From Escherichia phage HK542: 38,964 bases of DNA. The number at the start of each line of letters is the position of its first letter. Position 1 is the first letter of the stretch. The notes under the pieces were generated by a model. The model saw nothing but the letters and a program-made list of their open reading frames with translations, was not told where the DNA came from and did no database searches. The stretch lies in the sequence record NC_019769.1. The stretch is one strand, 5' to 3'. Positions 17,759-26,068 of the stretch are shown piece after piece. The translations under genes were made by a program, and so were the position numbers.

Positions 17759-18396
17759 TGGCCGAATTTGGCGCGATGATATTAATGGACAACGGGAACC
17801 CATTTGTAACGCCCCAGTCAACGCCTTTTTGTCTTTACGGCAAGTACACTTTCAACTCCTCTGCTAATGGCAGTTCGCAGCAGGTTGCTCAGAATATTGC
17901 ATTAAATGCTGACTACCCTGTGATGGTATTTATCAGGACCACAAATACCGCCCAGCCCACGCCAGTAATATCTTACCGGAACGGCGGAAATATATATGTC
18001 GCGGGGGTTAATCCTTATAACCAGAGCTTCACGTTAACTGCATATATATTTGCCATATTTCCACAGACGTTACCGAAGTGGGGGATGGCAATCTGGGATT
18101 CGAGCGGGAAGCTGGTACTCACTAATGAGTCCCGCGTGCTGTCAGACTTGCAGACAATCGGAACGCCTGGAGCAAACGGCGGGATTAACATTGACCAGAC
18201 GCTTGATGGTTCATGGGCAGTGGCTCCATCAAGGCTGGGGCAAGTGAACAGAAACGACGCTTACTCATCTTGTAGGTATTCAGGCACAAGTACAAGAATA
18301 AACGCCGGTACAGCCGCAAATACACCTGGCGGTGCTGGAGGGGTGATAAATAATGGAATTATCCTGACAGCAATTAAAACAGACGCCTATGATTGA
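17758..18396 (+). CDS. Hypothetical tail-associated protein
   Basis: 212-aa ORF with TAATG overlap to the upstream ORF. Confidence 0.45.
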   Translation: MAEFGAMILMDNGNPFVTPQSTPFCLYGKYTFNSSANGSSQQVAQNIALNADYPVMVFIRTTNTAQPTPVISYRNGGNIYVAGVNPYNQSFTLTAYIFAIFPQTLPKWGMAIWDSSGKLVLTNESRVLSDLQTIGTPGANGGINIDQTLDGSWAVAPSRLGQVNRNDAYSSCRYSGTSTRINAGTAANTPGGAGGVINNGIILTAIKTDAYD

Positions 18397-18503
18397 TTAT
18401 TTTGAGCGATCAATAACAAATAATTTATCTATCTAATCAATTATACCCATCGATTATGTATTGGTATCTTCGAAGCTACTGAATACCTCTGGATACTATC
18501 AAA

Positions 18504-18737
18504 ATGAAAAGGCTAATTATCTGCATAGCGGGCGCTTTAATGCTGTCTGGTTGCGCTGGTGTACTTGAGAAACAGAAACCGATTTGCAGCGGCACGGCAT
18601 ATATGGGTGGCCATGAGAATACCGTTATGATTTACGCCGTTCGAAAGCAAAACAACCAGACGCAATACCGGGCCGGATATCCCTTTAACTGGCGCTGGGT
18701 AAGTGCGAACACATTCACAAGCACGACATGTAAATAA
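18504..18737 (+). CDS. Small lipoprotein (moron)
   Basis: 77 aa; signal peptide with lipobox LSGC; AT-rich upstream leader and downstream terminator. Confidence 0.6.
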   Translation: MKRLIICIAGALMLSGCAGVLEKQKPICSGTAYMGGHENTVMIYAVRKQNNQTQYRAGYPFNWRWVSANTFTSTTCK

Positions 18738-18757
18738 CTCATGATTTTCAATGCAAA

Positions 18758-18782
18758 CCTCGCCTCGGCGGGGTTTTTTATT
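18758..18782 (+). terminator. Intrinsic terminator after lipoprotein gene
   Basis: cctcgc-ctcg-gcgggg followed by ttttttatt. Confidence 0.6.
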
Positions 18783-18795
18783 GCCTGGAGAAAAT

Positions 18796-20148
18796 ATGCT
18801 TTATAACACTGGAACCATCGCCATTAACGGAAACAGCGCCACCGGCACGGGCACGAACTGGACGGCACCCGCCAGCCAGGTTCGCGCTGGCCAGACGATT
18901 ATCGTGATGTCTAACCCGGTGCAGCTGTTTCAGATTTCATCCGTGAACAGCGCCACGTCAATGACGGTTACTCCAGCTGCTTCCCCGGCGCTGAGCGGCC
19001 AGAAGTATGGAATTCTTGTGTCGGACATTATCTCGGTCGACGGACTGGCACAGGCCATGTCACAGCTCATCAACGAGTACGATGAGAATATTGGTGCATG
19101 GGAGACGTTCGCTACTACCTCAGCGAACCAGATTATCACTGTAACCATCAACGGTACCTCCGTGAATATTCCGGGCATTGGTGGCCTGGCTCGAAAAGGG
19201 GCAAACAGCGATATCACGGAGCTGAAAGGGCTCACTACTGCGCTTTCTATTGCGCAGGGCGGCACCGGTGCAACGAACGCTGCAGACGTTCGCACAAACC
19301 TCGGTTTGGGAACAGCGGCTACATCCAATACCTTGACCAATGTTGTAGACCAAAGCGCTGGGGCGCTTGTAAGAAACAGTGATTTCGGTATCGGTGGTAA
19401 TGGTGGCGCAGGGGAAGGTGTGCCTATTGGTAGCTATGGCAATAATGCAAACTACATGGCATTAAATGGCTGGTACGGTGGTGCGGGTGTTAACGCCGTA
19501 AACCATTTTGACGGCTTCTCCCCATTATTGACAATGTGCCGGTTCGCTGGTGGTTACATTGGACAAATTCAGATTACTAAATCCGGTAAAATGGGTATTC
19601 GTGGAGGTACTGGAGCAACAACTTCAAATCAGGGCACATGGACACCGTGGTATGAGGTTTACAGCACTGGTAACACGACAAAATCCAGCGACGGTACACT
19701 GAAGGCTGCGTCTCCGGTTGCACGTATCGTTAAAAGCCAGGGGGAATGCCAGCGCGCCGATATAACTGAGGATGGTTTCTCCTGGTGCGGCTGTGGTACG
19801 GCGAACGCCGAGGCGGAGGGAATAACCATTTCCCGCCTCGAGGTGGGTGTTTACTTGCTGGCCGGTTCGGCAGGACTTGCGTCAGAGGGATGGCAACTGC
19901 TGCCGCCAATGGACCCTGGCGGAATGGGAGAGCTTGGCGTTGTCGAAGCAGAACAGACCGAAAGCGGCGAGCTGACAATCCGTCTTTTCAAGCGAAAATA
20001 TATCCTGAGCGATGAAGGTGAGGTCATCAAAACCAAAGGTGAACCGATTGACGTCCCGGCGAACAGCTGGATCGATGTTCGTCTTGATATGCCAGAAAAC
20101 AGTGTCTGGAATCAGCGCCAGAAAGAGGCGATTGAACCTGCTTCATAA
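18796..20148 (+). CDS. Tail fibre protein
   Basis: 450 aa from ATG 18796 with GGAG RBS; contains the tail-fibre repeat motif SIAQGGTGATNAADVRTNLGLG; the track start at 18751 would include the terminator hairpin. Confidence 0.75.
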   Translation: MLYNTGTIAINGNSATGTGTNWTAPASQVRAGQTIIVMSNPVQLFQISSVNSATSMTVTPAASPALSGQKYGILVSDIISVDGLAQAMSQLINEYDENIGAWETFATTSANQIITVTINGTSVNIPGIGGLARKGANSDITELKGLTTALSIAQGGTGATNAADVRTNLGLGTAATSNTLTNVVDQSAGALVRNSDFGIGGNGGAGEGVPIGSYGNNANYMALNGWYGGAGVNAVNHFDGFSPLLTMCRFAGGYIGQIQITKSGKMGIRGGTGATTSNQGTWTPWYEVYSTGNTTKSSDGTLKAASPVARIVKSQGECQRADITEDGFSWCGCGTANAEAEGITISRLEVGVYLLAGSAGLASEGWQLLPPMDPGGMGELGVVEAEQTESGELTIRLFKRKYILSDEGEVIKTKGEPIDVPANSWIDVRLDMPENSVWNQRQKEAIEPAS

Positions 20149-20481
20149 AGAAAACCGCCGCCTGTCGTATGCAAGCACGAGCCACGGCTGGCTGTCTAAC
20201 TTTCGATAGTGCGAGTATTGAATGATTTCCAGCCGCTACCGATTTTACTATGTTTTCAGTAGAACACTTAGACAAAACTGAGACACACAAATCTTTGCAC
20301 TGGATTGCAAGGCTTTGTGCTCTTCTGTGAATGTGTGGCTATATGTTTGAAGATCGTTGTGCCGTATTTGTGACATATATATGGCAACATCATGCATCAA
20401 CTTTCTGTTTGTGCCATCAACTATAGCTTAGTGAATGCGGTTAATGCTTGCTAAAACAGATAGTTATGATTGGTGCTACAG

Positions 20482-20527
20482 ATTCGTAATGCGAAGGTCG
20501 TAGGTTCGACTCCTATTATCGGCACCA
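20482..20527 (+). other. attP core, identical to the 3' portion of a tRNA-Thr(CGU) gene
   Basis: attcgtaatgcgaaggtcgtaggttcgactcctattatcggcacca has anticodon loop, T-arm and acceptor 3' strand plus CCA, but no matching 5' half; adjacent to int. Confidence 0.75.
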
Positions 20528-20541
20528 TTTAAATCAATGAG

Positions 20542-21702
20542 TTACCTCGCATTTAAGTAAACCACGTTCTCCTCTTGTGCCGTATTTGTGCCATTGCGAC
20601 TTATAATCGCATCGATTTTGCTCGCGTGCTCGGTGAGATGCCCGGCTGAAAGGTGGGCGTATCTTTGAACCATTTCGAGAGTTTCCCATCCTCCCATCTC
20701 TTTAAGTGCAAGAAGAGAGACACCGGACTGAACCAGCCAGCTTGCCCAAGTATGCCTCAGGTCATGGAAGCGGAAGTTGCTAATGCCTGCCCGCTTTAAC
20801 GCTCCCTTCCATGCCTTGTTGCTGTCGGTTCTCATCTTCCTTACCGCTGCTGTTTTTGTTCCGTCGCTTCGGTAGGCAGGTTTGGTGTGGACAAACACCC
20901 ATCTCTTATGGAGCCCCTGCTGTTTTCTTAATATCTGGCATGCGGTTTCGTTAAGAGGAACTCCGATCGCATTGCCAGCTTTTGTTTCATCAGGGTGCAT
21001 CCATGCCATTTTCTTATCCAGATCGACCTGTGACCACTCAAGGTCTGTAACGTTGGAACGGCGAAGGCCTGTCGTGATTGCAAACATGACCACAGGGAAG
21101 AAATGAGGAGCAATTTCTGCAAACAGGCGCTTAGATTCCTCTTCTGTAAGCCATCTAATGCGTCCATTCTTAACGCGTGGTGTTGATATTTTGGGCGCCC
21201 TGTCAAGCCATCCCCATTCAACAGCCATATTGAGAATAGCGCGAAGTATTGCCAGATGCCGCGTCTTCGTTCCTTTGCTTGCCAGCTTTGGTTTATACTC
21301 CGGCACTGGCTTGCCAAGCCGCAAACACCTGTCCCGGCTCATCTCCCAGTTCAGGCGATGGCGGCGGTTTTCCATCCCGTCTACCGCCTCCATTATTTTT
21401 TCTGTTGTTATGTCAGAGAGAATGGTTTCTCTGAAGTGCAACATCCAGAACGATATAATGCTCTTGTCATCATCAATGGACTTCTTATCCGATTTCTCTC
21501 GCAGCCACCGTATGCAGGCTTCCTTGAATAGCTTTTTCGGTGATTCCCCGAGATTTTTTACTCTCCACGCTTCTGCTTTTAGACGATCGTGAAGTTCTTG
21601 CGCTTGCCTTTTGTCCGATGTTTCAAGAGAGCGTCTAACTCTTGATCCATCTGGCGCGACGAAATCACAGTGCCACGTGCCACCGCGTAGTTTGATTGAC
21701 AT
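20542..21702 (-). CDS. int: Tyrosine integrase, P22-like
   Basis: 386 aa; from memory, closely matches P22 Int including the C-terminal catalytic region RFHDLRHTWASWLVQ...VQRYAHL. Confidence 0.93.
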   Translation of the reverse strand: MSIKLRGGTWHCDFVAPDGSRVRRSLETSDKRQAQELHDRLKAEAWRVKNLGESPKKLFKEACIRWLREKSDKKSIDDDKSIISFWMLHFRETILSDITTEKIMEAVDGMENRRHRLNWEMSRDRCLRLGKPVPEYKPKLASKGTKTRHLAILRAILNMAVEWGWLDRAPKISTPRVKNGRIRWLTEEESKRLFAEIAPHFFPVVMFAITTGLRRSNVTDLEWSQVDLDKKMAWMHPDETKAGNAIGVPLNETACQILRKQQGLHKRWVFVHTKPAYRSDGTKTAAVRKMRTDSNKAWKGALKRAGISNFRFHDLRHTWASWLVQSGVSLLALKEMGGWETLEMVQRYAHLSAGHLTEHASKIDAIISRNGTNTAQEENVVYLNAR

Positions 21703-21926
21703 GCTTTAACCTCCTGCACATCAACCGCATTCACCGCGCTATTGTGTCTTACAGACTTAAGCGCCGCAATGCAGTCTGACTTGCAAATGCGATATGGGCT
21801 TTTAGGTTTATCTGGATTTATCTTTGCGGCCTGAAGTCGTCCACTTCGTATCCACTGCGTGATAGTGCCTTTGTCTACCTTCAGATACGACGCTGCCTCT
21901 TCACGAGTGAAGATTTCTTCTTCCAC
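21579..21926 (-). CDS. xis: Excisionase-like HTH protein
   Basis: GTG start with GGAGA RBS; N-terminal excisionase-type HTH (TREEAASYLKV...TITQWIRSG); 3' end overlaps int start. Confidence 0.6.
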   Translation of the reverse strand: MEEEIFTREEAASYLKVDKGTITQWIRSGRLQAAKINPDKPKSPYRICKSDCIAALKSVRHNSAVNAVDVQEVKACQSNYAVARGTVISSRQMDQELDALLKHRTKGKRKNFTIV

Positions 21927-21953
21927 CTGGAATCTCCATTTATTGAGTTGGTA

Positions 21954-22097
21954 TTATTGCGGTAGGTCTGGATATCTTGAGAAATGAACAGGCCTCATCG
22001 AGTGTGAGGCGTTAGTCCTTGCGTAGCTCGCTGATTCTTCTGTAAGTCTCTGGTGCTTTGCTATCTCACGCAGTGCCTGATAGTCAATCTTGCTCAC
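21954..22097 (-). CDS. Hypothetical small protein (47 aa)
   Basis: GTG start in GTGA overlap with the upstream stop and AGGAGG RBS; not in the ORF track (below 60 aa). Confidence 0.3.
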   Translation of the reverse strand: MSKIDYQALREIAKHQRLTEESASYARTNASHSMRPVHFSRYPDLPQ

Positions 22098-22540
22098 TGG
22101 TTGCCTCCTTTGCGAAGCTGGTCGGCGAACAAACGCACACTAGACGCTTCACTGTGTAGAAACTTAACGGCATAATCAAAACCACCTCGTTCTGCGTCGC
22201 CCGCTACGTTGTCGAGGTTATCTGCGTACATCTCCACGCCCTGCGCCCGCACTTCAGCCAGGAAATCCTGGTACGCAGGAATCTGCAGCACAGCCAGAGC
22301 TCCGATAATCTTCTGTACTTCTGGATGGCATTGATCGTAATGAGCATCGGTGATGAACACCGCGTCATTGTGAATTTCTTCAATTGCACTCAACTCCGCA
22401 GCCAGCGCCGCGCACTTGGCCTCCGCTTCAGCAAATTTGCGCACCAGATATTCAGCGTTTGTTTCGTTAACCTTTAAATCTCGTGGGATGCATTTACCTT
22501 TCAGAAATCCATCCATCTCAATTAGTGACATTTGTTTCAT
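22094..22540 (-). CDS. Hypothetical early protein
   Basis: 148-aa ORF in the PL operon between ssb/erf and xis. Confidence 0.5.
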   Translation of the reverse strand: MKQMSLIEMDGFLKGKCIPRDLKVNETNAEYLVRKFAEAEAKCAALAAELSAIEEIHNDAVFITDAHYDQCHPEVQKIIGALAVLQIPAYQDFLAEVRAQGVEMYADNLDNVAGDAERGGFDYAVKFLHSEASSVRLFADQLRKGGNQ

Positions 22541-22854
22541 TTCTTCCCACTCCGCAACATCGCATTCAGATATTTGTTGTCATTAACAGAACCGAAACTA
22601 TTTCTCTTAAGCAATTCCTCTCTCGATGGCATTGGCTTTACGCGTTGGCGAATAATCATTTCTGCCGGAAGAATGCCGGGATTGTATGCAAGTCCTCTCA
22701 TAGTAAATTCCTCAGTCATTACTGATAGCGCCATAGCGTGAGCGGTAATTACGCAGGCGCGGGTCGATATATTCAGGGAAGTGGGTATATGTGGCTTTGC
22801 GGAATGGTCGGATTGATGTCTGGTAAATTCGCTCGCGTTCTTCTTTCTCTGCAA
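22537..22854 (-). CDS. Hypothetical early protein (start uncertain)
   Basis: ORF overlaps the upstream gene by 143 nt; a shorter product from an internal ATG with GAGG RBS is more plausible. Confidence 0.35.
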   Translation of the reverse strand: MQRKKNASEFTRHQSDHSAKPHIPTSLNISTRACVITAHAMALSVMTEEFTMRGLAYNPGILPAEMIIRQRVKPMPSREELLKRNSFGSVNDNKYLNAMLRSGKK

Positions 22855-23008
22855 GCCATATACAGTGGCGAAATTCCTTTTCCTCTTTCGTTTCCTGCGG
22901 TAGAGACATTATTCGATCGTAGTTTTTTCTGAATTTATCCAGCACCTCCGATACGGAATTGCCGGAACAGCGGCGCGGGTCATCCGCGCCATATAGAGGC
23001 GCTGGCAT
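22712..23008 (-). CDS. Hypothetical early protein
   Basis: 98 aa with AAGGA RBS 8 nt upstream of the ATG. Confidence 0.45.
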   Translation of the reverse strand: MPAPLYGADDPRRCSGNSVSEVLDKFRKNYDRIMSLPQETKEEKEFRHCIWLAEKEERERIYQTSIRPFRKATYTHFPEYIDPRLRNYRSRYGAISND

Positions 23009-23031
23009 AATTAAATCCTTATTTTTCTAAA

Positions 23032-23415
23032 TCAGAATGGGATGGAATCGTCGTATACAGGAGTGTTCTGCTGGTTACTACTTTGCTGCTGCGGGCCATT
23101 TCCTGAAGTTGTAAATCCAATCTTTGCATTCAGTAATTCAAGAGTGATTGATTGACCATTTTGCCCCTGATAAACATCAACCCTGATGTTTTCTCCGGTA
23201 ATTTCCACAATGCCACCTTCAACCAGAACGCTACGGTAGTAATCCGCTTGCGCTCCTGGCTTGGCAAATACAACGGCGCTGTAGTTTGTCCATTCTTTCT
23301 TTTTTGTCTGGCGATCGTAATACTGAACGCCAGCACGGATGTTGAATCCGATATTTTCCCCGGCCTGAAACTCTCTTGCGGGTTTGTTTAGTCTTACTGT
23401 AATCGAATGTGCCAT
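23032..23415 (-). CDS. SSB-like protein with DDSIPF C-terminal tip
   Basis: 127 aa; C-terminus VYDDSIPF resembles the bacterial SSB acidic tip (DDDIPF); TAATG coupling to erf. Confidence 0.6.
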   Translation of the reverse strand: MAHSITVRLNKPAREFQAGENIGFNIRAGVQYYDRQTKKKEWTNYSAVVFAKPGAQADYYRSVLVEGGIVEITGENIRVDVYQGQNGQSITLELLNAKIGFTTSGNGPQQQSSNQQNTPVYDDSIPF

Positions 23416-24020
23416 TAAGCAGCCGCTCCTTCTAATTCGTCTCGTCTGATGTTGTAAACGTCCTGCGCTTTATGCTGCTCCGGTGTGCCTTCGAGCATCT
23501 TCCACGCTTTGGCGAACGCCTGTTTAAGCTCTTCCACGGTGTTTTTCTGCAATGCTGCGTCAGTGAATGCTTTTAGAACCTGTTCAGGTGTAGGTGATGG
23601 TTTTGATTGCTTTGCTGCTGCGTTCTGCTGATGTTTATGCTCGTCGGTATCTGCATCTTTCGCATCATCAATGCCGAATAAACCATTGAGGCAATACTTG
23701 CGTGCATAAGAGCTTGTAGCTCCAGTAACTTGTGCAGAATCCATTCCTTTCTTGCTTTCTTCCTCTCGTGCAAGAGCGGTTGCCGTATGACTGTTTTCGC
23801 CATCGGTAATAGTTGCCGTGGCTTTCACGTAATACCGATCACCAATCAACACAACTTCATCGCTGATTGATAAAAACAGGCCATTCAGTAACGGCTTAAC
23901 GCCTTCAAGAATGTCTTCGCAGCTTCTGTATTTATATTTACCGAATGAGTTGTACTGATTCTTTGGCGCGTTCAGATTCTCCTGAATAGCTGCCAGTCTT
24001 GCGTAAAATTCTTTGCTCAT
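23415..24020 (-). CDS. erf: Erf single-strand annealing recombinase
   Basis: From memory, N-terminal ~140 aa closely match P22 Erf (MSKEFYARL...YKYRSCEDILEGVKPLL...GATSSYARKYCLNGLFGIDD); the track start at 24050 is TTG, ATG at 24020 is used here. Confidence 0.9.
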   Translation of the reverse strand: MSKEFYARLAAIQENLNAPKNQYNSFGKYKYRSCEDILEGVKPLLNGLFLSISDEVVLIGDRYYVKATATITDGENSHTATALAREEESKKGMDSAQVTGATSSYARKYCLNGLFGIDDAKDADTDEHKHQQNAAAKQSKPSPTPEQVLKAFTDAALQKNTVEELKQAFAKAWKMLEGTPEQHKAQDVYNIRRDELEGAAA

Positions 24021-24109
24021 ATGATTGTTCTCAGAATGGACACGGCCCAAGGAAATAACGCTGATTTAATACTTCAGTCTTTGCCGCATTTAAAAATACG
24101 CGAACACCT

Positions 24110-24280
24110 TCACGATCTCCCTTCTGGCGATACATTAACGCCTGCTGCGTGTACATGCGTCTCTGTAACTTGCTCTCCTTCACTGTGGTTGCAAGTGACA
24201 TGAATATCTCCTTCGTTACCGATTAAATCTTTCATCTGACGAATAAATTCTTCGTCTGAACAGTTATCTGTAAAACTCAT
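24110..24280 (-). CDS. Hypothetical small protein in kil position
   Basis: 56 aa from an ATG in ATGA overlap with the cIII stop; lies between cIII and erf. Confidence 0.4.
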   Translation of the reverse strand: MSFTDNCSDEEFIRQMKDLIGNEGDIHVTCNHSEGEQVTETHVHAAGVNVSPEGRS

Positions 24281-24447
24281 GGACGGCCTTGTTGTTTCAA
24301 AATATCCCAAAGCTTTTCGAGCAAACTTTTCATTCTTGGTTGTTTAAAGTCTGCTCCGGTTAAAATATTTTTTCGTGAATGCTGTACCGATAAAATCGGG
24401 TTGAAAGGGCGAACCGATGCCGCCCCTGCAATAGCGAACTGTTGCAT
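24277..24447 (-). CDS. cIII: cIII-like protease inhibitor
   Basis: 56 aa from ATG 24447 with AAGGAG RBS; MQQFAIAG...LWDILKQQGRP resembles lambda cIII (MQYAIAG...LIDILNQPG). Confidence 0.7.
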   Translation of the reverse strand: MQQFAIAGAASVRPFNPILSVQHSRKNILTGADFKQPRMKSLLEKLWDILKQQGRP

Positions 24448-24671
24448 AGGATGCTCCTTCTGTTTGATTGCATAACGAAAACGCCTCGAATGAAGCGTTA
24501 TTGGTATGCATATAAAAAGGCCCTCACACTGGAGGGCAAAGAAGATTTCCAATAATCAGAACAAGTCGGCTCCTGTTTAGTTACGAGCGACATTGCTCCG
24601 TGTATTCACTCGTTGGAATGAATACACAGTGCAGTGTTTATTCTGTTTTTTATGGCAAAAATAAAGGCCGA

Positions 24672-25295
24672 CTATGCGGCTTCGGAAGGAAGTCCAATCA
24701 TCTTATTCAAATCTTCTACCCGTAAAGCAGGAAGTGCTGTACTTGCTTTATCTGCTTCTTTTGGTAGCAATTCTTTGCTTTCAGGCCAAACTTCAATAAG
24801 TCGCTTAACTGTTGTGACTGAGTTCAAAGCAGCCCATACATTTGATTCGATATCCTTTTTCTTGGCTTCAAGTTTTTGTTGCAATGCGCAGATTTCATCA
24901 AACCTTTTTGTTATTTCGTGTTCTGCGTCAAACATGCATTTATCTTTGGTCGGAGTAGGGAGCAATATATCTTCGCCGTTGCCGTCTTTCCCATATGAAA
25001 GCCATCCAACCCTTCTGCCAGATACAGTCAGATAAATTGAAGTAGAACGAACATCGTATGAGTAAAATGAACATCCCATCTTTCCAAGTTCTTCACTTAT
25101 AGCTACCAACTTGGATGATAACTGATCCACTTCCTCAGTTTTCTTTTTACCGCAAAACGCAATAACTCTGGCGTCAAGTGCAAGCTGGTTCTTTAACTTT
25201 GTTACTTCTTCAAGTTCAGTGAAAACCCCAGACTTAATTAAAGCGTTACGAGCGATTTCCTCTTTCATTCTCGTAGTTAAGCGGATTGATGACAT
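24672..25295 (-). CDS. Hypothetical 207-aa protein (AT-rich, adjacent to N)
   Basis: ATG 25295 with GAGGAA RBS; no TM segment; charged coiled-coil-like stretches; lower GC than neighbours. Confidence 0.55.
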   Translation of the reverse strand: MSSIRLTTRMKEEIARNALIKSGVFTELEEVTKLKNQLALDARVIAFCGKKKTEEVDQLSSKLVAISEELGKMGCSFYSYDVRSTSIYLTVSGRRVGWLSYGKDGNGEDILLPTPTKDKCMFDAEHEITKRFDEICALQQKLEAKKKDIESNVWAALNSVTTVKRLIEVWPESKELLPKEADKASTALPALRVEDLNKMIGLPSEAA

Positions 25296-25306
25296 ATTAA
25301 TTCCTC

Positions 25307-25633
25307 TCAAATAAGTGGTTTGCTGCCTAATTTCATTTTCTGGCGACCAACACAAGTCACACCCATTTCACTGCGTGGCTTGCTGTACCATGTGCGCTGA
25401 TTCTTGCGCTCAATACGTTGCAGGTTGCTTTCAATCTGTTCGTGGTATTCAGCCAGCACCGTAAGGTCTATCGGATTCAGTGCGCTGTCTACTCGTGATT
25501 TCGGTTTGCGATTCAGCGAGAGAATAGGGCGGTTAACTGGTTTTGCGCTTACCCCAACCAACAGGGGATTTGCTGCTTTCCATTGAGCCTGTTTCTCTGC
25601 GCGACGTTCGCGGCGGCGTGTTTGTGCATCCAT
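25307..25633 (-). CDS. N: Antitermination protein N
   Basis: 108 aa from ATG 25633 with AGGAG RBS; from memory, near-identical to lambda N including the Arg-rich motif MDAQTRRRERRAEKQAQWKAAN. Confidence 0.92.
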   Translation of the reverse strand: MDAQTRRRERRAEKQAQWKAANPLLVGVSAKPVNRPILSLNRKPKSRVDSALNPIDLTVLAEYHEQIESNLQRIERKNQRTWYSKPRSEMGVTCVGRQKMKLGSKPLI

Positions 25634-25743
25634 CTGGATTCTCCTGTCAGTTAGCTTTGAGTAACGCGCCGTGATGCTTATCTCCACGGTTGCTGTCTTG
25701 CAGCTGCATTTCGCGCTACTCAAAGCCTTCTGCTTTGAATGCT

Positions 25744-25774
25744 GCCCTTCTTCAGGGCTTAATTTTTAAGAGCA
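25744..25774 (-). promoter_or_regulatory. nutL (boxA and boxB)
   Basis: Minus strand reads TGCTCTTAAAAATTAA then GCCCTGAAGAAGGGC hairpin, upstream of N. Confidence 0.75.
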
Positions 25775-25812
25775 TCACCTTCAATGGTGGTCAGTGCGTC
25801 CTGCTGATGTGC

Positions 25813-25877
25813 TTAGTATCACCGCCAGTGGTATTTATGTCAACACCGCCAGAGATAATTTATCACCGCAGATGGTT
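25813..25877 (-). promoter_or_regulatory. OL1-OL2-OL3 operators with PL promoter
   Basis: 17-mers tatcaccgccagtggta, caacaccgccagagata and tatcaccgcagatggtt match the lambda OL sites as remembered; TTGACA and GATACT on the minus strand overlap OL2/OL1. Confidence 0.85.
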
Positions 25878-26032
25878 ATCTGTATGTTTTTTATATAGAT
25901 TTATTTTTTGCAGGGTTGTGTGGATTGGGAAGGTGATCGAGAGATCTGAATTGCGATGTTTAGTGAGTTGTATCTATTAATTTCCAAATAAATACAATTG
26001 GTTATGTGTTCTTGGGTGAGGGGGATCGTGAG

Positions 26033-26060
26033 GCAAAGAAAACCCGGCGCTGAGGCCGGG
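26033..26060 (-). terminator. tIMM-like intrinsic terminator closing the cI operon
   Basis: cccggc-gctgag-gccggg hairpin with a downstream T-run on the minus strand, 8 nt past the stop at 26069. Confidence 0.7.
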
Positions 26061-26068
26061 TTAATGCG

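Noticed and set aside
18751-18795. Upstream ATG start for the tail fibre ORF given by the ORF track
   Set aside because: This extension would translate straight through the terminator hairpin of the preceding lipoprotein gene; the ATG at 18796 with a GGAG RBS is the more plausible start.
20471-20527. Possible intact tRNA-Thr gene
   Set aside because: Only the 3' part (anticodon loop, T-arm, acceptor 3' strand, CCA) is present; upstream sequence cannot form the D-arm or 5' acceptor strand, so this is an att core fragment, not a functional tRNA.
24021-24109. Possible small arf-like ORF between the kil-position gene and erf
   Set aside because: Minus-strand translation of this 90-bp gap gives only very short reading frames with early stops.
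25690-25980. 96-aa + strand ORF across the nutL/OL/PL region
   Set aside because: Covers the operator and promoter region, opposite to PL transcription, with no RBS; the region is explained by regulatory sites.
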